From: Bryobacterales bacterium
GTDB taxonomy: Bacteria; Acidobacteriota; Terriglobia; Bryobacterales; UBA6623
Reading direction: 5' to 3'
DNA: 64,000 bases
Assembly (NCBI GenBank): GCA_965226245.1
Contig: CBDDCL010000015.1
Coordinates: 1,839,412 to 1,903,411 of the forward strand
The notes beneath the pieces were generated by a model that searched no databases, was not told where the DNA came from, and saw only the letters and a program-made list of their open reading frames with translations. Both the position numbers and the translations under genes were made by a program. Each line of letters starts with the position of its first letter. Position 1 is the first letter of the stretch. Shown here one piece after another: positions 36,995 to 48,271 of this stretch.

Positions 36995-37531
36995 GTGACA
37001 ATTCCGCCCGCCCGTGCTACCCTCGAACTAGTGGCAACCCAGACGCAGGTTTCGGTTGAGGAATATCTGCGAACGAGCTTCGACGGAGCGGACTGCGAGT
37101 TCGTTGACGGCAAGATCGTGGAGCGGAATGTGGGCGGAAATCAGCACAGCACGGCTCAAGGGCGGTTGATCGAGTTTTTCTATGACCTGCGGAAATCCCA
37201 TCCCTTGTACGCCAGACCCGAGCTGCGCTTCAAGCTGGCCGAGGGACAGTTTCGCGTGGCGGATGTCGCTGTATTTGAAGGTGAACCGCCGATCGACGAG
37301 GCGCCCTCCAATGCGCCGCTCATCGTGATCGAAATCGTCTCCCGTGATGACCGCTACACGGAGACTGTTCAGAAGCTGGATGAGTACCGCCGATGGGGGG
37401 TCCAACACATCTGGCTCGTGGACCCGTATCTGCGAAAGATTTACAGCTACGGTGATTCAGGGCTGAGGGAAGTCACCGAGTTCTTGTTATCGCAATTCGA
37501 CTTCCGGCTAACCCCCGGCGACATCGTTTGA
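36995..37531 (+). CDS. Uma2-family (DUF820) putative restriction endonuclease
   Basis: VSVEEYLRT...CEFVDGKIVE...GGNQHSTAQGRLI...FRVADVAVF...PLIVIEIVSRDD...KLDEYRRWGVQHIWLVDP is the typical Uma2 PD-(D/E)XK pattern. GTG start. Confidence 0.85.
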   Translation: MTIPPARATLELVATQTQVSVEEYLRTSFDGADCEFVDGKIVERNVGGNQHSTAQGRLIEFFYDLRKSHPLYARPELRFKLAEGQFRVADVAVFEGEPPIDEAPSNAPLIVIEIVSRDDRYTETVQKLDEYRRWGVQHIWLVDPYLRKIYSYGDSGLREVTEFLLSQFDFRLTPGDIV

Positions 37532-37776
37532 CGGATCACCGGCTCCCGGCTCCGCTTAGTTTTTGGTCATTTTTGGCGCAGGGAGCTGCGCTTTCAGCGA
37601 CCGCAGCCAGGCGCGGAGCCGGTCTCGAAGCTCTTGAGTCCGTCGACGTCGCGGTGGGACTCGTTTCATCGTGCGGATCTCCGTAAAGTGGCAGGATAGC
37701 AATGAATCGCGGCACCGCGGAATGGGGTACTGCCGTTCGTGACATTGATCCAAACGAAAATTGTCAGCGCGGCGCG

Positions 37777-37932
37777 CTAGCAGCCCGTGGTGCAAGTCCG
37801 AGGACACGAAAAAAGGGGACAGCCAGCCGATTCTCGCGTCGCAGTATTGTTGGGAACAATGGGGTTCCACGAGCGAGAATCAGTGGCAGTCCCCCATTTT
37901 CGCCCGCGAACACTTCTGCCACGGGCTGCTAG
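37777..37932. repeat. 156-nt rod-like imperfect hairpin with a perfect 14-bp closing stem (CTAGCAGCCCGTGG / CCACGGGCTGCTAG); candidate structured RNA, terminator or MITE
   Basis: Closing stem at 37777-37790 and 37919-37932. Internal complementary pairs GGGGAC/GTCCCC, ATTCTCGC/GCGAGAAT and ATTGTT-ggg-AACAAT at the apex. Lies 9 nt downstream of the stop of the 37942-38943(-) gene. Confidence 0.7.
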
Positions 37933-37941
37933 ACCATGCAG

Positions 37942-38943
37942 CTAAAACCAGCGGGCCTTGTTCACCACGTTTCGCAGCGACTCGTCCCAGGCGAAGCGGC
38001 GAACGTTATCCAGTAGCACGCCCAGGTGCCGCTCGGCGATCCGCGGAGAATGGCCGGCTACATGTGGGGTGATGATGACGTTTTCCATGCCCCACAGAGG
38101 ATGATCGTCGGGCAGCGGTTCCTCTTCGAAAACATCGAGCCCCGCTCCGGCAATCTCGCCCTCTTGCAGTGCCGCTGTCAGATCAGCGAGATCAACGATC
38201 ACGCCCCGGCCGATGTTGATCAAGTATGCCGTCTTCTTCATTTCCTCGAACTGGGGTTTGCGAAAGAGCTTGGCGGTCTCCGGCGTGTGGGGCGCGGCAA
38301 TCACGACGAAGTCGCTCACGAACAGAAGATCGGGGAGCCGCGCCGGGCGCCACACAGCCTCGACGCCTTCCGGCGGCTGCTTTTCGACGGGATCAACAGC
38401 GAGCACCCGCATGCCGAACGCCACGCCGCGCTTCGCTACCTCGGCCCCGATATTGCCCATGCCCACCACGCCCAGCGTCTGGTCCGACAGATGCATGTGC
38501 GCGCGGTCGATGTCATTGACAGTCGCGGGACCGCTCGCGAAGGCAGGCCGCTCCGACTCCCCGCCCACCGGCTCCCAACGGCGCCCGGCCTGGTTGCGGA
38601 TGTAGCGGTGAAAGTTACGCGCGAAACACAGGATGTAGCCAAACACATGGTCGGCGATGATGTCGGAGAAAAGTCCCCGCATGTTCGTCAACTGGCAAGA
38701 ATGCGCGATGAGTTCCGGGAACACGTAATGCTCGAGGCTGGCCGTCATCGACTGCACCCAGCGAAGCTGCGTCGCCGCGGCCAGCAAGGCGGGGGTCATC
38801 TTGCCGGCGAAAGCATCCGCATCGGCAACTTCGGCGAGCGCTTGCGCTTCGTCGGCGGCATTGACGACGCTCATGCGTCCCGCGGCGGACTGGATCTTTT
38901 CTAGACGGGCGGGATCAACAGGCGGGTGAATGACGAGTTTCAT
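37942..38943 (-). CDS. D-isomer-specific 2-hydroxyacid dehydrogenase (NAD-binding)
   Basis: 333-aa ORF with GVVGMGNIGAEVAKRGVAFGMRVLA Rossmann motif, INIGRG, and the DV...EP...HPL...NVIITPHVAG catalytic region. Confidence 0.9.
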   Translation of the reverse strand: MKLVIHPPVDPARLEKIQSAAGRMSVVNAADEAQALAEVADADAFAGKMTPALLAAATQLRWVQSMTASLEHYVFPELIAHSCQLTNMRGLFSDIIADHVFGYILCFARNFHRYIRNQAGRRWEPVGGESERPAFASGPATVNDIDRAHMHLSDQTLGVVGMGNIGAEVAKRGVAFGMRVLAVDPVEKQPPEGVEAVWRPARLPDLLFVSDFVVIAAPHTPETAKLFRKPQFEEMKKTAYLINIGRGVIVDLADLTAALQEGEIAGAGLDVFEEEPLPDDHPLWGMENVIITPHVAGHSPRIAERHLGVLLDNVRRFAWDESLRNVVNKARWF

Positions 38944-39039
38944 GGAACCTCCAAACGGACGCGGCCAGATCTTCTACCTTTCTTGGGTGCGCGTACAGTA
39001 CCACACTCCGCGCGCAAGACTCGAGAAACAGTCCGTTCG

Positions 39040-39183
39040 GTTGTCACGATCCAGCCGCTGAAGCTGGGGCCTCCGGTTCTGAACCCTGTAGAGGTGCGAG
39101 TATCCGGCGAAGATGCCGGCGTGCTGTTCCGTCTCGCCGGCGACGTAAAGGCGAAACTCGCCGAGATGCCCGGCGCCACTGGC
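39040..39183 (+). pseudogene. Relic of an RND (AcrB/CzcA-type) efflux transporter gene (about 48 codons)
   Basis: VVTIQPLKLGPPVLNPVEVRVSGEDAGVLFRLAGDVKAKLAEMPGATG resembles the periplasmic-domain segment ...PVEVRLSGDD...L..LA..V...L...PGv.dv of RND pumps. No start, and flanking sequence is non-coding. Confidence 0.4.
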
Positions 39184-39274
39184 CCGCCTTCAGCGAGTTT
39201 CTCGGAGCGCGCGGCAGCAGCGGATGGTTCGGGCCGGGGCATGGCTTCACTTCAATCGTCCGGGTCCTGATGGA

Positions 39275-41908
<2,634 letters not shown>

Positions 41909-42003
41909 AGCAGTCCAAGTCTAGGGTAGCGAAGATAGATGCCGGGAACAAGCCTTCCCGCGAACTATCCTATCCTAGCACCAATGCTGTTCACTTACTG
42001 TAG

Positions 42004-42099
42004 AGCCTTTTGAGCCGCGAAGCGGCGCCGGATCGTAGCCCAAGGGTGGAGCGAAGCGGAACCCTGGGTCCGAAACCCCTCGAGGGAGAAGCCCCGCAA
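42004..42099. repeat. R-family repeat copy R3
   Basis: Near-identical to R1 and R2 up to GCCCCGCAAG. It shares the upstream ccaatgctgttcac motif with R2. Confidence 0.8.
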
Positions 42100-42224
42100 G
42101 CCGGAGCCCCGACCGTGAGGGAGGGGTTAGCCGCTTCGACGCGCGGAATCCAGCGGCGCTCACTCGTCCGCGATAGATACTAGCCCGGCGATTCTGAGGA
42201 TCTTGTTCGCAGAAATGGCGGCAC

Positions 42225-42336
42225 GAACAGAGCCGCGCCCGCAAGGGTGCGGTCGAGTCTGGCAGTGACCGCATTCCGGTGGTGGCCTGACGCACTGACT
42301 ACCCTCGACCGCACCCTTGCGGGCGCGGCTCTGTTC
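42225..42336. repeat. Perfect 33-bp inverted repeat (arms 42225-42257 and 42304-42336, 46-nt spacer); each arm contains its own GCAA-loop hairpin
   Basis: gaacagagccgcgcccgcaagggtgcggtcgag ... ctcgaccgcacccttgcgggcgcggctctgttc, read directly. Confidence 0.85.
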
Positions 42337-42489
42337 CCCACGAACGAAATTTCAAATATCTTTGGATAGGGTTTTGTCCCGTCTTTGTCGGGTGTCGCCC
42401 TTTTCCGGGCTCGTTTTTCGGACGGGTCTTTGGCGTGCTTCGGCCGTCAGGCGGTAGCCAAAAGACCAGTTGCCGAGCTCCCACCTCAC

Positions 42490-42553
42490 GACGGCCGCCA
42501 AGCCGCTACGAAACGCAGCCGCACTCGCAAAGTGAATCTGTGCATCATTCAGG
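42490..42553. repeat. Diverged solo ISa-like right end (relic)
   Basis: gaatctgtgcatcattcagg versus the ISa end gaacctgtgcataattcagg (2 mismatches). There is weaker similarity about 40 nt further in. It is followed by TTGCA. No matching left end was found. Confidence 0.45.
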
Positions 42554-42586
42554 TTGCACAATTCCCGGGCAGGTAAAAGACACCGA

Positions 42587-43309
42587 TTAAATACTCTTCA
42601 GCAGTTGGCTGGCCTCGGTGTAACGCGGGAATCTTCGTTCCTCGGCCTTGAATTGTTTGGTATGTACGCAACGCCGCAGCGAGCGATACTCCGCGGGATA
42701 TTTTAGGTGCAGCATCTCGTGGTAGAGAATGTAGTCAACCAAGAAGTGGGGAATTGCAGCGGAATCGAACAGCTTGCTGATCACGATTAAGTTGTGGGCC
42801 GGGTCATAGTACCCCAGCGATCGGCGTGAGGCCCGGGGGCTCCAGCTAAGAACCGGCCGTGCGAGCTGTCCGTCAAAAAATCGCCGATTCAGACCGTCGA
42901 AGAGTTCGTCCAAATCGTAAAAACTACCTTTGGGGGATCGTTGCGGCTTCCTCCCGCGAGCCTGCCGGACTAACAAGGCCTTGCACCTCACGTCGGCTCG
43001 GTTCACGTAATCCCGGTAGCTGCGGTCATGCTTTGCAGGCACCGGCTTGCGGTACAGCTTGCAGAGCAGGATGTAACTCAGCGCCTCAAGGACCGATGGC
43101 GGCCCTTTTTCCAATAGGTCCGACAGTTTGACGGTGATGTGGGCGCGTTCAGCGTCTATTGAGATCTTGCTGTCGAGGTTGGCGTAGGGGTGGAAGCCGA
43201 TTGAGAACCGGGGCAGGCGGGTCCGCGGTTTGAGTTCGCGGAAGACCCTCTCATATACGCTATCGAGGGCCTCGAACAGCAACATCTGAGTCATGATGTT
43301 CTGTTTCAA
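42587..43309 (-). CDS. SprT-like / DUF45-like zinc metallopeptidase domain protein
   Basis: 240-aa ORF with the HEMLH zinc motif in ...DYILYHEMLHLKYPAEYRSLRRCVHTKQFKAEERRFP... Confidence 0.7.
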   Translation of the reverse strand: MKQNIMTQMLLFEALDSVYERVFRELKPRTRLPRFSIGFHPYANLDSKISIDAERAHITVKLSDLLEKGPPSVLEALSYILLCKLYRKPVPAKHDRSYRDYVNRADVRCKALLVRQARGRKPQRSPKGSFYDLDELFDGLNRRFFDGQLARPVLSWSPRASRRSLGYYDPAHNLIVISKLFDSAAIPHFLVDYILYHEMLHLKYPAEYRSLRRCVHTKQFKAEERRFPRYTEASQLLKSI

Positions 43310-43321
43310 TGTAGCATTGTA

Positions 43322-45066
43322 CCTGAATTATGCACAGGTTCGGCGTAGCCATCGCCGATGGAGTTGTGGCGGTAGCGGCAGTCGTGTCAACTCAGTGATT
43401 TAGCAAGTCGTCTTTTCCGCGGTTTCCCTCCCGGTTTGAGCCGCCTCCCAATCCGGGCGGGCAAAAGCGGGCTCGCAAACGGCATGTTCCCAGTAGCTTG
43501 CAGCAAGTGCATAAAATTTTATGCATGGAGCACCTCTCAACGCAGCGCACCCTCCACCACCGGCGCGCAGCTCGATCCCGGCGGCGCCATCGCCCGCAGC
43601 CGCCGCATCAGCCGCTCGAACAGGCCCTGCTCCTGGTACTGATCGCTGTAGCTGATGCCCGTTCTGCCGGCGTGCCGCCAGATCTTGGCCGCCACGAACA
43701 GAAAGCGCAGCCGCGCCGTCGCCAGGGTGGTGTGCCGCAGCTTCTCCGGGGTGGCGTCGGCTTCACGCTGGAACAGCAGCAGCCAGCAGTTGAGGTTGTA
43801 GGCCAGCATGACCAACTGAAAGTGATTGCGGTTGGTGTCAAAGCGGCGCGAAGGATGGGCCGCCAGCCCGGCATCGTTGTTGGCCTCCTTGATCAGGTTT
43901 TCCGCCCCGGCCCGCTGATCGACCTCCTCGGTTAAGCGCTGGTTGCAAACAACTGATATTGCTCCTCGGTTTCCGGCTCCTTTTCATAACGCAGCGCGAC
44001 AAAGCGGCAGGCCCTGCCCCAGCCTTGCGGCTGGCAGAGGAATTCGCACTCCGCCGCAGCGTCGCTGTGGGGCGAGGGCTTCCATTCCGCTTGCTGCAAC
44101 TGCTCGACCAGTCGCCTGGTCTTGCGCGCCACGATGACGAACTGACAATGCGCTTGTTCGTAGGCTGCCACCGCTTCCCAGCAATAAAAGCCGGAATCGG
44201 CCCGCGCCAAGATCCGCTTCACACTGGCCGGCAAAGCCTGGAAAGCACTTTCGAGGTGCGCCGCGATCTCTTTGCCCGTGGGCCGGTCGCCATTGTGCAA
44301 CCCGCCCATCAGGTATTCGCGCGTCTCGGCCAGGAAGGTCAGTATCGGCTGGTAGCTGCGCTTGCCCTTGTTCTTGGGGTTGTAGCTCTTGCGCCCGCCC
44401 ATCTGCTGGCCGTAGAGGGTGTGCACGGTGGTGTCGGTGTCCAGCGTCACCGTGGTCAACCGCACGTTGGCCGCCGCCCAGGCTCGTTCGCGCAGTTGGC
44501 GCTGCATCGACAGGATCTGCCGCGCCACGTTGAGATGCAGCGAGGCCAGAAAGCGCCACAGCGTGGATTGCGGCGGCAGCCGCGTCACTTGCAAGATGCC
44601 GGTCAGGATGGGGTCGCGCGCGATGAAGCGGAGTTGGTTGAGCCGCGCAAAGCCGACATAGAGGCCCAGCACGAGGGCCAGCACAAACTGGTAGAGGCTC
44701 ATCACACGGGTGATTCGTTTGACGCTGAGGGTTTGTTCCAGCAGCTCTTGGAAGCCGAGTTTTTCGAGCAGGGTGGCGACCGGCAGCAGGCCGCCGTAGG
44801 GAGTCAGATTCTTGCCGCGGAAGTGATAGGGCGTGGAAGCCCCGATTTTATTGGGCTGCGGAGCCGTCGCGCCGCGGCCTTGTTTGGCGGGGTTTTTGGA
44901 GCTATGCTGTTTTCGCTTGGTAACCATTTGGGTGACCTCCTTGGGGTTGGCTGGCGAAGCTGAAATCTTTGCCAGCCTACCTTATTACCCCATGTTTTCG
45001 GGGGTCCCCCAATGGTCCCTCGCAGCTCAGCCCTCCTCAGGTGCACCCCGCAGTGCATAATTCAGG
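43322..45066 (-). mobile_element. ISa copy 6 (1800-bp-variant lineage), degenerate: internal rearrangement and non-matching flanks
   Basis: Both terminal repeats are present. Flanking pentamers are TTGTA (43317-43321) and TTGAT (45067-71), not a clean duplication. Relative to copy 3, 62 bp are replaced by a 13-bp copy of cgacctcctcggt and 6 bp are lost (43915-43970). Length 1745. Confidence 0.85.
43537..44927 (-). pseudogene. ISa transposase broken by the internal rearrangement (N-part 43932-44927, C-part 43537-43815)
   Basis: The N-part ends ...ETEEQYQLFATSA*. The C-part resumes at MVMLAYNLNCW... Confidence 0.85.
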
Positions 45067-45329
45067 TTGATATCGAGGAACTCGTCAAGCGAAAGGTCGA
45101 CAGCGGGGCATACCGCTCGGCCAGCGACGTCGTCCGTGATGCCTTGGAGCTTCTCGAAAAGCGGGACGTAAGAAAGCTAGATGCGCTCCGACAGGACATT
45201 CAGCATGCCGTCGATCAAGTCGAACGCGGTGAGTTCACGGAATACGAGACAGACCGGTTGAACGAACTGTTCGAGAAGGTTGCGACGGAGGGAAAGAAGA
45301 GGCTTAACTCAACGCCGAAACCTGGTTAA
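45012..45329 (+). CDS. parD: ParD-family antitoxin lacking its native N-terminus (about 14 aa, the RHH strand); the ORF is re-initiated from an ATG inside the ISa end
   Basis: ATG 45012 lies within ISa. 18 IS-encoded residues (MVPRSSALLRCTPQCIIQ) are fused in frame to ...DIEELVKRKVDSGAYRSASDVVRDALELLEKRD..., the ParD core. The stop overlaps the parE start (TAATG). Confidence 0.6.
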   Translation: MVPRSSALLRCTPQCIIQVDIEELVKRKVDSGAYRSASDVVRDALELLEKRDVRKLDALRQDIQHAVDQVERGEFTEYETDRLNELFEKVATEGKKRLNSTPKPG

Positions 45330-45619
45330 TGGCCAAACTCAGCGTATCCAAGGACGCCGAATCCGACCTCATCGAAATCTGGTATTACATCGCTCGAGAC
45401 AGCCTCTTCAGTGCTGGCTGTCTCAATAAGCTGCTTTACGAAAAGTTCCACACGCTGGCTGCCAATCCGGGTATCGGCAGATCACGCCCGCAACTCGGTC
45501 CGCAGGTTCGCAGCTTTCCGATTGGCCGCTACGTGATCTACCATCGCCCTATTGGATCTCTATGCGTCATTCTGCGGGTTATCCACGGTGCTCGGGACGT
45601 CGCGGACCTTGCGCTTTGA
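45329..45619 (+). CDS. parE: ParE/RelE-family toxin
   Basis: 96-aa ORF: ...DLIEIWYYIARDS...ANPGIGRSRPQLGPQVRSFPIGRYVIYHRP...ILRVIHGARD, typical ParE. Confidence 0.8.
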   Translation: MAKLSVSKDAESDLIEIWYYIARDSLFSAGCLNKLLYEKFHTLAANPGIGRSRPQLGPQVRSFPIGRYVIYHRPIGSLCVILRVIHGARDVADLAL

Positions 45620-45878
45620 ATAGCGGCGGCATTGGTGTGAACTTTGAGCTCACCCGCGATGGATCGCTCACCCAGTTCGCCCTGAAATCGTTCTCAACCA
45701 CTTCTACCGGCCGGGCTTCTCCGCCCGGTAGCGGAACAGGATCGTGTTGGCCAACTCCAGATCCTCGGTCCAGATGAACTGCACGCCCTCGAAATCATAA
45801 TCGTGGTAGACGCGGTTGGGGCGAACTTCTTCCTTTGTAAACTCGCCGTAGCGCGGGCGATTCGGTCCGTCTCGCGGC

Positions 45879-47528
45879 CTACGGCGTGAACCGTTGGGCG
45901 ATGGGGAAGCGGCGGCCGACACCGAAGGCTTTGGAAGTCACGCGCAAGCCCGGCGCGGCTTGCTTGCGTTTGTATTCATTGCGGTCTACCTTTTGTGTAA
46001 TATTGCGGACCAGCTCTTCCGGCAACCTTAAATCCCGGGCGATTGCGGCGGGGTCTTGATACTCCTCGACGTAGGCTTTCAGGATCGGGTCAAGCACTTC
46101 GTATTCGGGCAGCGAGTCGGTGTCTTTTTGGCCGGGCCGCAGCTCAGCCGATGGCGGTTTCGTGAAAACGCTTTCAGGGATGGCATCGGGATGCCGCCGG
46201 TTGCCCACCCGGCCGAGCTGGTAGACGAGCGTCTTGGGAACGTCACTTATCACCGCGAGCCCCCCGCACATGTCGCCGTAAAGAGTGCAATAGCCGACGG
46301 CCAGCTCGCTCTTATTCCCGGTCGTCAGCACCAATGATCCGAACTTGTTGGAGAGCGCCATGAGCGCGTCGCCGCGCAGGCGGGCTTGCAGGTTTTCCTC
46401 GGTAACGTCGCGGTTCATTCCTTCAAAAATGGGAGCCAGAGTTCGATCGAACGCTGCGAATATTTCGTTGATGCTCACGATCTCGAACTGGATTCCCAAT
46501 TTCCCGGCCAAGTGCCGGGCGTCCGTGACGCTGCCCTCGGAGGAAAAAGGTCCGGGCATGGCGACGCCGATCATATTCTCAGCGCCAATGGCGTCGGCGC
46601 CGATCAAGGCAGTCACCGAGGAGTCGATTCCGCCGCTGAGCCCGACGATGACCTTGCCGAAGCCGCATTTGCGGACATAATCTCGCGTGCCAACCACGAG
46701 GCCTTCGTAGACGACCTCGCATTCGTCTTGCATTTGCTCGTGCCGGTCGCCCTGTCCTGTCGCGGTGTCGTAGAAGATCAGGTCGGGCTCAAAGGTCTTG
46801 GCTTGCGCGCAAACGCAGCCGTCGGCAGCGATGACGAAACTCGATCCGTCGAAGACGAGCTGGTCGTTGCCGCCAACCTGGTTCACCATCGCGATCGGAA
46901 CTTGAAGGCGGCGTGCGATCGCCCGAAGCATCTCGAGGCGCACCTTGCGCTTGCCCATGTGATAAGGCGAGGAGGCGATGTTGATCAGGATGTCCATGCC
47001 TTGGGAGGCCAGTTCCTCCACCGGGTCGCGCTGGTAGAGTTCGCGGTCCCAGAACTGTTTATCGTTCCAAACGTCCTCGCAGATGGTGATCGCCAGGCGC
47101 GAGCCGCGGGCTTCGTGGACGGACTGGTTTTTCGCCGGCTCAAAGTAGCGCCACTCGTCGAAGACGTCGTAGGTCGGCAGCAGCATCTTTCGCTGCCGGA
47201 AGGTGACGTTTCCTTGGGACAAATAAGCGGCGCAGTTAGCAGCTCTCTGCGGTCCTTTGCGGTCGGCGTGCCCCGCGTAGCCACAAATGACGTCGATGCC
47301 GAGTGTCGACGTCTCGGCCGCCAGCCGCCGCAATTCGGACTCGCTTCGCTCGCGGTAGGCGCGGACCTCGACCAGGTCTTGTGGAGGGTAGCCGCCGAGC
47401 GAGAGTTCCGGGAAGGCGATCAGCGAGGCGCCGGCTTGGGCGGCGCGCCGGGCGGCGCTGGCCATGAGGTCCACATTGCCCGAGAAATCGCCTACGGTGG
47501 GATTGATCTGACCGAGGGCGAGCTTCAT
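45879..47528 (-). CDS. nadE: Glutamine-dependent NAD+ synthetase
   Basis: 549-aa ORF with an N-terminal CN-hydrolase domain (AFPELSLGGYPPQD...ICEDVW) and a C-terminal synthetase domain (VGLSGGIDSSV). Confidence 0.9.
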   Translation of the reverse strand: MKLALGQINPTVGDFSGNVDLMASAARRAAQAGASLIAFPELSLGGYPPQDLVEVRAYRERSESELRRLAAETSTLGIDVICGYAGHADRKGPQRAANCAAYLSQGNVTFRQRKMLLPTYDVFDEWRYFEPAKNQSVHEARGSRLAITICEDVWNDKQFWDRELYQRDPVEELASQGMDILINIASSPYHMGKRKVRLEMLRAIARRLQVPIAMVNQVGGNDQLVFDGSSFVIAADGCVCAQAKTFEPDLIFYDTATGQGDRHEQMQDECEVVYEGLVVGTRDYVRKCGFGKVIVGLSGGIDSSVTALIGADAIGAENMIGVAMPGPFSSEGSVTDARHLAGKLGIQFEIVSINEIFAAFDRTLAPIFEGMNRDVTEENLQARLRGDALMALSNKFGSLVLTTGNKSELAVGYCTLYGDMCGGLAVISDVPKTLVYQLGRVGNRRHPDAIPESVFTKPPSAELRPGQKDTDSLPEYEVLDPILKAYVEEYQDPAAIARDLRLPEELVRNITQKVDRNEYKRKQAAPGLRVTSKAFGVGRRFPIAQRFTP

Positions 47529-47537
47529 CGTGCTGTA

Positions 47538-48191
47538 TCAGGGGGACGCTTTGGGAGCGGCTGTTTCCGGCGCCGGCCCTTCCCGCGAGGGGTGTTTCTG
47601 GGCAACGAGGGCCGCGGTTCCCCGGCCCTCCCACTCTTCTTCGTAGCGTAACACGCGAAATCCCGCGAAGACCCGCAGCAACTCGTTGTGCTCGAGCATG
47701 TGCACGCGATGGCGCGGGCGGCCGGGATAGCGGAGCTGGTCGGCCGAGTAGGTCTTGTAGACGACCAGCCCGCCGGGACGAAGGCAGTGCCGCAGGGCAT
47801 CGAACAGTGGCCGGTGGAGATAGAAGAAGACAGTGACCAGGTGGTAAGCCTCGTTGCCTAAATCTATTTGTTCCGCCTCTAAGTCCTTCTCGATGCAGCG
47901 GATGGGCACGTCTTCGGCTACGGCAAGTTCACTAACGCGTACGAGTGCCTGGGAGGAAAAATCCGCCGCCGTCACCGCAAAACCCGCCTTGGCCAAATAG
48001 ACCGCGTGACGGCCGGCTCCACAGGCCACGTCAAGAGCTGGCAGGCCGGCCGGGGAAGCGCCTTGCGAATCGCTCTCCCAGCCCGGCAACAAAGGCCAAT
48101 AGTTGCTGGAGGTCAGCAGAAATGGGTCGGGAGTTGAGCTAACGTGGTCACCGCGACGGAAGCGGTCGTCCCACTTCGCGGAAGAAGGCAT
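47538..48191 (-). CDS. Class I SAM-dependent methyltransferase
   Basis: ALDVACGAGRHAVYLAKAGFAVTAADFS motif I. Start chosen at ATG 48191 (MPSSAKWDDRF), downstream of the erpA stop. Confidence 0.8.
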   Translation of the reverse strand: MPSSAKWDDRFRRGDHVSSTPDPFLLTSSNYWPLLPGWESDSQGASPAGLPALDVACGAGRHAVYLAKAGFAVTAADFSSQALVRVSELAVAEDVPIRCIEKDLEAEQIDLGNEAYHLVTVFFYLHRPLFDALRHCLRPGGLVVYKTYSADQLRYPGRPRHRVHMLEHNELLRVFAGFRVLRYEEEWEGRGTAALVAQKHPSREGPAPETAAPKASP

Positions 48192-48271
48192 GCGGGTTGG
48201 AACGGCGCGGACAGGCCGGCCGCGCCGCGTGAATTCTGATTTGCCCGGTCGCCCGCGCCCGCCGGGGGCGG

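Noticed and set aside
37556-37670. 37-aa minus-strand ORF MKRVPPRRRRTQELRDRLRAWLRSLKAQLPAPKMTKN downstream of Uma2
   Set aside because: It is highly basic and low in complexity, with no SD and no conservation evidence available.
37786-37800. GGTGCAAGTCC resembling the cobalamin-riboswitch GGTGnnAATCC core
   Set aside because: No B12 box (AGCCAGGAGACCTGCC-like) was found. No GCCACTG or GGGAA elements appear in the right order. The sequence lies downstream, not upstream, of the adjacent gene.
45704-45922. 72-aa minus-strand ORF overlapping the 3' end of nadE (C-terminal part YGEFTKEEVRPNRVYHDYDFEGVQFIWTEDLELANTILFRY looks protein-like)
   Set aside because: There is no ATG or SD. The only start is a GTG 44 nt inside nadE. 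It is possibly a gene remnant or a real small protein, but it is not supportable from the sequence alone.
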